In this document: positions 31,690 through 45,103 of the stretch, piece by piece
Layout of the letters: every line of letters starts with the position of its first letter
How positions within the stretch are numbered: the first letter of the stretch is position 1
Assembly: GCF_009914755.1 (NCBI RefSeq)
Contig: NC_060941.1
DNA: 64,000 bases
DNA from: the human T2T-CHM13v2.0 reference genome, Homo sapiens
Strand: one strand, 5' to 3'
The notes under the pieces: generated by a model
Seen by the model: only the letters and a program-made list of their open reading frames with translations
Told to the model about the DNA's origin: nothing
The model's database searches: none
Program-made: the position numbers and the translations under genes

Positions 31690-34600
31690 CTTCTTTTTCT
31701 TCCCCCTCTTCACGTCCACTGTGGAGTTGTAACTGGAGACATATTTCCACCCACAAAGCCTCCAGATGTTAAAACGTTTCCCAACATCAACTTAATACAG
31801 TGATGGCAACACCTCCCCCCCGCCCCTCCCAGTAGGGTTGAGATTATACTGTATTCCCTAGTGGTTTACCCTTCCCCCCATGAAGGGTAGCATTTTCCCT
31901 GGGTGCAGAGGCTCCCTCATAGTCTCCAAGACTGAAGGACCCCTAATTTTGGGACTGCAGCTTAAGTGTATTACATTAAACACCATAAAAAGCTGCAAGA
32001 TGCTCTTTTAAGGGAAGAGGAAACTGGTCAGAGAAATGCCTCCCATTTTCATTGCCAATTTGATTTTTAAATCCATGAAGGATCTTACAGAACATGTCTC
32101 TGAGATAATCTTTTGGGTTAATCCATGATGCAACAGCATCACAAAAAAATATAAAATCTTGGATTATACCATGGGGATTCACACTGATCATGATGCAGAT
32201 TCCACGGAATGCTGAATCTTTTTCTCATTGTCTCTTATGTTTCTCAGAGAGGTACACCAGGGTCTCGTAAACTGCTGTAGCATGGGGGCCACCTCTTGAG
32301 GACAAACATAACCAAGACAACCAATTGTTACTGCTGTATTCTTTAGCAACGTCTTTGGTGTGTTGGGTCTGTTAATGATTTCTACAAGCTGGTGCAACAC
32401 CATAGGGTAAATATAAGGCTGCATCTCTATACCCATTTGAATGGAGATTTCTCCAATTGCTCATGTGTCATTGTTGCAGACTGAAATGAATTCTGGAGTT
32501 AGGTTGGTTCCCAATATTGGCATGAAATCAGCTACACAAGGCTTAACATGCTGAAAGCAAGCTTTTGTGAGGTCACTTAACAGGGCAAAAGAACTCTGTC
32601 GAACTTCCGGCATTTTATCCTGCATGCACTGATATGTTAGTGTTAGGATGTTACTTCGGGCTACCAGTTGTTCAATATTGCCTCCAAGTCCTTCAGCCAG
32701 GCCACTCAGTAAATCAAGAGCCACTATCATAAAATCTTTATCTGGAGCTTCATATTGATCTGGTTGAGCATTGCTTAGCATGGCTTGTGCAAGAGTCTTC
32801 TGTACTAGGTTTACCCAATGCTGATACATAGGTTCACAGTATGGAAGGAAGCCAGACTGCAGCACCGTGGCAACTGAAAATGGACACTCAGGTAAAGGGA
32901 AAAGATCTTTATCTTCATCCTTTAACATGTTCCGTTTCTGGATCAGTAGAGGCATTAGCATTTGAATATATTCTGGTTTGTTTAAATGATGTCCTACTGA
33001 ATCTGCTAATGTCCCTCTGGCATTGTAAAGAATGAGCAGGTTCTTATGCTGGTATTTACTAAATGCAAAGACCAGGGTATCAAGTATATAAGCAAGGTAA
33101 GCAACAAGTTCTGTACAAGCCTCCTCTTCTAGGGTAGCAAAGACACTGCAGGCAGCTTCTGGTACTCTCTTGTTGCTATCCAGGATGCGTTTTAGCAACT
33201 CTGTCATTAATGACTTCAGGTACGTGTCTGGTGGCTGGCTGACTACCCAGTGTGCATAGCGGCTAAGAGTCCAGCATGTTATGGAACGGACAAGAGCCTT
33301 TTTATCAGAGAGGCACTGAATAAGGTGAGGAATAAGCTCAGGCAAGCAAGGAATCATGCCCTGCATGCAAACCTTCAGCAACTGTTCCTAAACCCAAGAT
33401 GGCTAATTCTTTAACAACCCATTCATGATGAAAAAGTAATTCTTTCAAAAGGGGCAATATATATGGCAGCAGTTCATCATGATGCACGTTTGCAAGAACA
33501 TCTAGGGCAGCAACAGAACATTTCCTTAGATTCCAGTCAGAAATTGTATCATCACCATCAATTTCATTATCATCATCATCTTCCTCTTCAATTCCATCTT
33601 CATCATGCTGCTGAGCCACTGTCCTTGATCGGTGAAAACGTGGCCATATATCCTGTTCACTATCAGGAATCATTTCGTCTTCTTCAACATCACCCTTAGG
33701 TAGGATAATATCTATATCTGAGTACTTCATGCCATTCACTAACACAGGAATCAACCTGGGAAGATGCCTTACGAATACATCTTTGCATACTTGCTGTTCA
33801 GCTAAAGTTAGCCAAAATTCACAGGCTTCTAAAGCCACATTTTCATCTTGATCTTGAGTCCTCTGTAGCATATACTCAACTATATTACGCATGTGAGGGA
33901 GCAGGCGATCCACTCAAACTTCGAACAACATCACAAGTGCTCGGCACACATTTTTCCATACCTCTGGCTCACCAGCCAATGCAAAGAGATTTCTCAATAA
34001 AAGAATCAATGTGCAACATCAGAGCTTGAGTCCTGATGATAAACTGATTGACACATACAACAGCGTGAGACCTTATTTTTGGACTACTGTGCTTGAAGAA
34101 CTGTAAAAATTTGGGAATCCTGATGTTGAGAGGACAATCTAAAACATCACTATCTAAAATCTCAACAGAATCTTCACAAATCTTCTGAAGGGTGCCAAAT
34201 GCTCCCTCACAGGTGGTGTAATCGTCAGAATCCAACAGGCTACAGAGTTTTGGTAAGAGGTCAGGCCAATTCTGCAATTCTCTCTTGGAGGCTATAGCTG
34301 TGATCGAAATACCAACAGTGGCTCTAATCAGAAGAGAGGAGTCACCAATATTATTTAAACATTCACTTTTAATGAAGTTTGTTGCACCATTTGGGAAGTT
34401 CTGAAAGTGTGCTTTCACATTATTCTTCAAGATGAGACCACGCAATGAACTTGTGGGTTCATCTTCAGATTTTAATTTTGTAAGAACAAAAATCAAGTAG
34501 TTGCTAAAGTCTGGATATTGATTAAGTTGTTCCAGTTTCTAGAATTGCTGCACAGTTCTCTGGATGGTGGTGTCTGGGGACTGGGACTCCTTCAATAGCT

Positions 34601-34790
34601 GCAGGATTTGCTGAAGCCCTTGCTTATCAGATTTCCATTCGTACTCCACCTTGGTTTGCTGGAGTGCCCCAAAGGAAGTCTCGGACAGTGAAACCCAGTG
34701 GAACTGCTCCTGGCAGCCCAGCCGCCGACGTCTGCTGCTGCTGCCACCACGGCTACAGAGCGCAAGGAGCCAACCAGACTGAGTCCGATT
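31690..34790 (-). pseudogene. TNPO1P3: Processed transportin-1 pseudogene (TNPO1P; TNPO1P3 if this is the LGALS9B copy)
   Basis: Intronless. ORF fragments tile the whole TNPO1 protein: [14 protein letters not shown]..., acidic loop [12 protein letters not shown], ...LAAFYGV* at 31976. Start ATG->GTG at 34649, several frameshifts, W->stop at 32463-32461. GC-rich 5'UTR-like leader to ~34790 and ~290 nt of 3'UTR ending in an A-rich tract. The copy number in the symbol is from recall. Confidence 0.9.
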
Positions 34791-37044
34791 TGATGTGTAT
34801 CCTTGTTTGATGCCCAGGTTGGAAGCATGTCACAATGAGTCAACTAAGCAATAACTAGAATATTATTGATTCCAGAAAGCTTTCTCTTATTTTAACTCTG
34901 TATTTCAGAACTTCAAGGTCTACGAATAGTTACCCACCTATAAAATGAATTCAATTTAACTAAATCCTAGTATTGTGAAGAATTAGTTTTTCGCCATTTC
35001 TGTTTACTCTTATACTAACTGAAAGACTGTCTCACCACAATGCTTGATGTAAATGGTCTGATTGGTTAGTGACAACCTCATTAATTATTGCAGCTTGCAA
35101 AGGGATTGATTTTTAAATGTTTACTTATTAATTATATACGTGCTTATTTGTTTTCTCATTTACTTGCTTTCTTATTTATTTGCTTATTATTTACTTACTT
35201 TCCTGTTGTTTTAAAAGAGGATTCTAATTAGATATTATCTAAGTGATTTTGCCAAGTTCTTACATTTTGTTGGTTTAAATTGCTTTAAGATATATGCTTG
35301 AAATCACGTTTATTCTTGAAATGTGTGCCATTTGCAGTGTGTGTGTGAAGGGAAATGAGTTATTTTTTAAAGGGAAATGAGTTATTTTTTAAAAAGAGAA
35401 TTATTTAGATATGGTTTTAGTGATTCCTCAGCATGATAACTGCTGATGAAATGTAGCTTATTGTTTTCAGCTAGTTTACATTGGTCTTGAGACAAACAGA
35501 ATTTTGTTTCTTAATTACAGGCTCTAGATGAGTTTATAGAACACCTCAGGGCTGTTATCAAGTACTTACATACGAAGGATAACTCCATTTGATTATATAT
35601 TTCATACCCCAAAGGAAAATAAGTTTAAATTTAATTTTAACTAGATGATGCCATCGGTATGGAGTCACTCTGTCGTTGTGTCCACACTGGCCAGGAGGCG
35701 TTTTAATGAATGGTGTTTGTTTATTCAGTCTTAGCCAAATGAGCAAGGACCTGGAGACTGGGCAATTTGAGAAGACGTTTAGGAACCACTGGCTTTTCTC
35801 TGTTGACGCCACTATGTAAACTAAGGCTGACAGTGGGTAGGGAATGTGTGTGGAATTCCTGTGTGATTCACTGTAACTGTGGTGTGCTGAATGCGTGCTT
35901 AAGCTAGTGTCAGCATCGTCTTCCTGTAAGTTAAAGATCCCTTCTGTGAGCAGGACTCCTGAGGACTCAGGAATGTTGTATTTTGAAATCTGCTTTAGAG
36001 GATATTTTAAGACTTTTAATAAAAGAAAGATGACTAATGTATAAGGGGACTTAAGGGGAAGAAACACCCTTTCCTCTATAGGGTAGCATATTTGGGATTA
36101 TAATTTTTGTTTTCTTTAGGTTGGTTTCATTTTCAAGTGAATCCAGAAAACACTGTTTTCTTTGACAATATTGCTATAAAATTACCATAATATGAGGATA
36201 TGTTGTCAGCCTCAAATATATAAAATGACCAATTTCAGTGAGCATTTATCCTTTTAAGAAAACCTACTCTATTAAAATCCAATTTTGTGCAAAAAGTGGG
36301 AAATAAATGGAGACGTAAGTGTTTGCTTTATGAGACTATTTGATTCATGTAAATAGAAAATAGTTTTATTACATGTAAAATATGATTTAAATTGGTCAAA
36401 ATGTCATTTCCAGAAAGCATACCTTTTAAGCCAGCACTCATTACATAGAACAAGGATTCTATCTGTGTGCCACAAACCACTTCAAATAATTTTCTTTATA
36501 TGTAACGACATATAAAGAAATATATGTAATGACATGTTCCTTAGAGTCCATCTCAACTCCAATTCCTCAGGAACATTGTCTTTGAGTACAAATTATAATG
36601 AGTTTATTTTCTAACTAAAGTATAGTAGTTAGACTAGTTTATTAGCTAGTTTGGTTCTGACCTCTGGGGTTGAGAACAGATACAAGACAAATGCTATTAT
36701 ATCTTCAGATCTTATAGAAAGCAGATAGTGGAAATGATGAAGTGTACCTGGCTGGCTTTCTGACGATTTGTGTGAAATGCTTGGCTTTGTAATTTTACAT
36801 TTCTTTCTAGTCTGATGCCTTGAGTTTATTTAGATAGAAATGTATTTCTACATGGTTATCTGATTTTTAAAATGCTGCTTCACAGTTGTATACTACTTAA
36901 GTATGTAGCTTTATATTTAATCTAAGTTGGAATTGGGTTTTTGTTATTGTCATTTGGTACATTGGTCAACACTTAATAAATGTTTAACTTTTTGTTTTGA
37001 GTTAATTATAGATTTGCATGCAGTTGTAAGAAATAATACAGAGA

Positions 37045-37210
37045 GGCCGGGTGTGGTGGCTTATGCCTGTGATTCCAGTTACCTGGGAGGCTGAGGCGGG
37101 AGGATCCCTTGAAGCCCAGGAGTTCAAAGATGTAGTGAGCTGTGATGGTGCCACTGCACTCCAGCCTGGGTGACAGTGAGACCCCATCTCTACAAAGAAA
37201 AACAAAAAGA
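37045..37210 (+). mobile_element. Alu monomer (FRAM-like)
   Basis: TSD aagaaataataca(g/a)aga. Confidence 0.75.
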
Positions 37211-37234
37211 AATAATACAAAGAAATCTCACGTA

Positions 37235-38620
<1,386 letters not shown>

Positions 38621-38875
38621 TCTCTAGGCCCCAGTTGTTTCTAAGTGAAGAGAGTTTTAGAATCCATCTCATATATTTGTTGCTAGGATGAAGTTAAAAC
38701 AAGTAGGATATTTAGGATAGGACGTGGCTCATAACAAGCTCTCCATGAATATCAGCTATCGTTATTCTTAACAAAATTACCAGATTAATAGATTGTCTGC
38801 TCTGCTCCTTTGCACTAAATTTAGTAGTTTATTTCATTTATTTTATCTTCATTAAGGCAGTTGGCACAAAATTAG

Positions 38876-39280
<405 letters not shown>

Positions 39281-39422
39281 TAAACAAGTTTCAGTCTTAC
39301 TGATGTGTGTTAAACTGTTCCCCCATTTATACTTCAGTTGGTTTATGGTTTTTAATAATGTAGATACACATGTAAGGAATATTTATATGTACATAACTTT
39401 TCACTTTTAAAACGCTGTGATA

Positions 39423-40684
<1,262 letters not shown>

Positions 40685-41362
40685 GGAAGCAAGCTGGGTA
40701 TGTGCGTTTAGAGGTGCTGTACCTTTTCAGCATTATAAATGAATAGAGATGAGTGGCAATAGTTACTTTGGTCCATAGATTTTTGGTATCTTAACTAGTT
40801 TTGGATCTCTTCCACTAAAGGGATTGCCTGTTGCACGTTGTTAGGAATGTAAATACTGAAGGCAAACTGCCTGGGTTTGAATTTTGTTCTGTCCCTTGCA
40901 CCCTGCCTGGGTTTAAATCCTAGCTCTGCTTATTAAGTTCTTTTAAGGTGATGATCTTTGAGCAAATGTCTTAGCTTCTGCTTTCCCAAGTAAATGGACA
41001 CAATAGTTGCTACCTTGTGAAAGATTCATGTAATTGACCAGTGTTTACCAAGCAGCATCAGCGTTCAGTTTCAGTCATTGGTGATTCTGCAGTTGGACTG
41101 TGAGGGGGTGCTGGGGTGGGGGTGGTGTGTGTGTGTAGCACTTAATTGCATGCGGAAAGGAAAAGATACTTTTTATAACCGAGAGGCAGCTTTTCTCTGC
41201 TTTTGTGTCAAAAGGGAAGAAGGGAGTTTGGAGAGGGAAACCAATTCTCTTTAATACTAAGCTCTCTTCTTCAAAATCAGAGGTAGATAGAATGTGTAAT
41301 AATTTACAGAATTTCTAGACTTCAACAATCTGATTTTTTTAAATGTATTTTTATTTTTTCAG

Positions 41363-41469
41363 GTTGAGACTGAGCTACAGTTAATCTGTGGCAAGGTGCT
41401 GGATGCACTGGACAAACACCTCATTCCAGTAGCTGACACTGGCAAGTCCAAGGTTTTCTATTAGGAAAT
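41363..41469 (+). pseudogene. Unprocessed YWHAE (14-3-3 epsilon) exon-3 fragment, copy A, with a nonsense codon
   Basis: tttttcag|GTT GAG ACT...AAAT|gtaggt; translates [34 protein letters not shown]; TAG at 41462-41464. Confidence 0.88.
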
Positions 41470-41993
41470 GTAGGTTCTATACTAGAAAGGAAAATGTAAG
41501 ATTAAAAGTTGGCCTTTTTAGAATCATGACTTTCTTCTATGTAGGTTTCCAACTTTTATTTAAAAATAATTGTTTAATGTTAGAAGGATAGTCAATGTTG
41601 GGATAAAAAGATGGTCAGGCTATTATAAAAAATGCATTAGCTTTTGCTTTACCTATTTATATTCTTTTGCTTTCATGGGACCTATCTCATTCCCCTCCCC
41701 TAAACGGCCACACATTTCACAGTGCTGGCTGAATGTTTCATGTAGAAATTTTATTTTATGATTAATACATTTGTGCCATTTCTTGGAACCACTTGCTTGT
41801 TTAATTCTAGTCTATCAAGTGATAATTTTGTTGATATTTAGAGGCTCCTCAGTTAATTTCTGTGGGATTTTTCGTTATATTTAATAAGGAAAATAATAGG
41901 AAATAGCTAAGAAAAAAAGAAACAAAGCCAATTATTCCTGAGCGTGTTTAAAATTATTGAAGTACACTTGTTAATTTTTAGTATAGAACCTAC

Positions 41994-42100
41994 ATTTCAT
42001 AATAGAAAACCTTGGACTTGCCAGTGTTAGCTGCTGGAATAAGGTGTTTGTCCAGTACATTCAGAATGTCGCCACAGATTAACTTCAGCTCAGTCTCAAC
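41994..42100 (-). pseudogene. Unprocessed YWHAE exon-3 fragment, copy B, open reading frame
   Basis: tttttcag|GTT...GAA AT|gtaggt; translates [35 protein letters not shown] versus 14-3-3 epsilon [35 protein letters not shown]. Confidence 0.9.
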
Positions 42101-44287
42101 CTGAAAAAATAAAAATGAATTTTAAAAAATTCAGATTGTTGAAGTCTAGAAATTTTGTAAGTTATTACACATTCTATGTACCTCTGATTTTGAGGAAGAG
42201 AGCTTAGTATTGAACAGAATTAGTTTCCCTCTCCAAACTCCATTCCTCCCTTTTGACACAAAAGCAGAGAAAAGCTGCCTCTGGGTCATCAAAAGTATCT
42301 TTTCCTTTCCGCGTGCAATTAAGTGCTACACACACACACCACCCCTACCCCACCACGCCATCACAGTCCAACTGCAGAATCACCAATGACTGAAACTGAA
42401 CACTGATGCTACTTGGTAAACACTGGTCAATTACATGAATCTTTCACAAGGTAGCAACTATTGTGTCCATTTACTTGGGAAAACAGAAGCTAAGACATTT
42501 GCTCAAAGATCATCACCTTAAAAGAACTTAATAAGCAGAGCTAGGATTTGAACCCAGGCAGGGTGCAAGGGACAGAACAAAATTCAAACCCAGGCAGTTT
42601 GCCTTCAGTACTTATATTCCCCAAATGCAGGCCCTCCATTTGGAGAGTGGATGGAGTAGGAGAGAAGGGCTGCAAGGACCCAGATAGGCAGACAGAGGGA
42701 CAGAGAGGGAACCAAAGACCCTACTTGCAAGGTGTCCCCAGAGGCAAAGGTATCGTCCACGGGGGACATGGGGACCTGGAGGCAGCACAAGGACAGCTTT
42801 GCTCTGGTCGTGGGAGCCCTCTTGCTTCCCACACCTTCAACTTACTCCCCATTGCTGTCTGTCATTGATCCCCAGGTGGGGCAAGTGAGGACCTGAGTCA
42901 GCATGTGGCTGGCTGCTGGGAGAGGGAGCACCCCTGAGACACGGCTCCTCCCCTGGAGCCTCCATGAGCCATCTAGGCAGGTGTGCACTGCCCACTGATG
43001 CAGGGCTGTGGGTACCTGCACCTGTCTGTCAACACTGATTCTTTCTCATACAACAGGCACTTGCCACCACTCTGCCCAGCCAGACCCTATCAGACCACAG
43101 TGAGGGGATGGAGTGGGCCCGCATAGGTGCCTCCACCTGAGTCTAGGCACCCCAGGCTTGTGTCTGCTGGGACACACCTAGCAGGGAGGCTGAGAGCACC
43201 GGCTTCGGAGCCAGGCAGGTCATAGTGTAAAGCCGGATTTTTCCACTTATTTGGGGAAAGTTGCTTCCCCTCTCTGAACCTGTTTCCTCACTGTAAATTC
43301 AGATTCATCCTTTATTGAGCACCTACTATGTGCCAGGCATTGGGTTGAGTGCTGGGGATAAAGTAATGAGCAAGCCCTTATCTTGATGAACAGTTACGGA
43401 ATAAAATAGACCTGCAGAAATAAACACGCAATTCACAACTGAGGTGAGCATGGTTGGTGGGGGAATGGAGAGCACATAATAAAGGGTGTGGCATGGTTGG
43501 GGGCATCAGTGACCTTCTCCCTGAGAAAGAGACACTTGAGTGAAGGGGGAGGAGAAGTGAGCCAGGAGAAGGAAAAAGGGGAGGGGCATACAGCATGTGC
43601 AAATGTCCTGAGGTGGAAACAAGCAAAGTGACTGCCAGGGTAGGAGTCCTGTGTGGCTAAAGGGCAGTGGGTTAAGTCAAGCAAAGGATTTTCGGTGGGA
43701 GCAGGGAGGAGGGGGCTGGAGTCAGGGCACAAGCCTGCCAGGCTCCCTTTGTGCAGGGCACGTCAAGGGGCCACACTGATTGTCTCTGCAGGCTCTCCAT
43801 GCCTGCCTGGCTGTGGGGAGGGACCAGACTGTACCAAGGCTTATGGGCGGCGGCAGCCACAGCCCAGACTAGTGAGCTAATGAGCGGTTTGGATGTCTTG
43901 CCTGGTCCCGTTAGAGCCTCGCTCCTCCCCTGTGCTGGAAGGTAGGACACAAGGGCCCGAGCCTTGGCTCTGCCATTAATTTGCTATGTGACCTGCAGCT
44001 GGTCACAGCACCTCTCAAAGCTTCAACTGCTTCCTCTGTAAAATGTAAGGACAGGACTCACTGATCTCACTTGATCTGAGGATTTGACATCAGAAGGGGA
44101 TGAGCAGGCTGGGGAAGAGAGAGCATCCTCTCACTGATCAGCTCTTAGGGCATCCAAGACCTCGAAAGAAGGGATCTGGGGTGGGCTCTGTCCTATAGAG
44201 AAATCTTAAGGTGTCAGTGTCCTGGGGCATCTATTGTTCCCAGAAGGAGCTAGCTGGAATGGCACCTTCTGCTGCCCATTCACCCAC

Positions 44288-44809
44288 CTTGTTCCTCAGA
44301 TCCTCGATGGTCTTGAAGTAGGGACTGTAGTCTTTGATCTCAGCAGGCCGCTGCCACTGGTACCAGTCATGGATCTTCACCTCCAGGTCAGCGTTGGCCT
44401 CCTCCAGGGCACGCACCTTGTCCAGGTAGGAGACCAGGCTGTCGTTGAGGTTCTGCATGGTCACCTTCTCACTGCCCACCAGAAGCCCATCACCACCAGC
44501 AAAGCCACCACCCAAGCCACCACCGAAGCCAGCACCAAGGCCACCACCATATCCTCCCCCAAAGCCACTACTGAAGCTGCTGCTGCTGCTGAAGCTACCG
44601 CCATAGCCGCCCCCCAGCCTGTAGGCTCCCCCAGAGGAGAAGCAGGAGGAGGAGACAGACAGGCCACCCCTGTAGGTGCTGGGGGCGCGGCAGGACCCTC
44701 CGGCCAGGACGGAGGAGATGCGGCTGGAGCCGCCCCCGATGCCGCCCCCGATGCCGCAGGAGCCCTTCATGGAGCTGGAGGAGGTGAACTGGCGGCTGCA
44801 GGTGCTCAT
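44288..44809 (-). pseudogene. Truncated type I keratin copy: KRT14-type exon 1 only (174 codons, open), followed by partial intron 1 with no exon 2; probably catalogued as a KRT16P
   Basis: ATG at 44809; [19 protein letters not shown]...GAYRL...[22 protein letters not shown]|gtgggt; no keratin exon 2 found downstream. Confidence 0.88.
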
Positions 44810-44893
44810 GGTGCCGAGGAGGGAGGTGAGTGAGCGAGCAGTTGGCTGAGTGAAGAGAAGGTGCTCAGGTAAATTGGAAAGGGATGCGAGTGC

Positions 44894-45103
44894 TTTATAC
44901 TCATGGGTAGGAGGCGGGCCTGGCACTTTCCATTCCCCTTGGCTTTCATCACCCACAGGCTAGCGCCAACTCCCAGCCAGGTCCCTCCTCTCCTCCGCCT
45001 CATCATGTCTGTCATATTTTACTGGAAACTCATTGTTTGGGGTATTTTGGGCTTTCTTGTCCCGCCAGGCGTGATTCACAGGGGGAGGTATGGGCCTGCA
45101 GGC
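44894..45103 (-). promoter_or_regulatory. KRT14-type promoter: TATA box and palindromic AP-2 site
   Basis: TATAAA at 44899-44894 in GAGTATAAAGCACTCGCATCCC; GC box near 44912-44920; GCCTGCAGGC at 45094-45103, matching the AP-2 element known from the K14 promoter. Confidence 0.75.

Larger units (their letters stand above)
40844..42620. repeat. Long inverted repeat: arms ~40844-41484 and ~41979-42620, spacer ~495 bp
   Basis: Arms are reverse complements along their length, e.g. ggaatgtaaatactgaaggcaaactgcctggg versus cccaggcagtttgccttcagtacttatattcc; each contains the YWHAE exon. Confidence 0.95.

Noticed and set aside
32461-33381. 306-aa TNPO1-like ORF as a functional gene
   Set aside because: One fragment among several frameshifted pieces, without a native start and ending in a premature stop.
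44810-44956. 49-aa N-terminal extension of the keratin ORF
   Set aside because: Reads through the TATA box and 5'UTR; the real start is the ATG at 44809.
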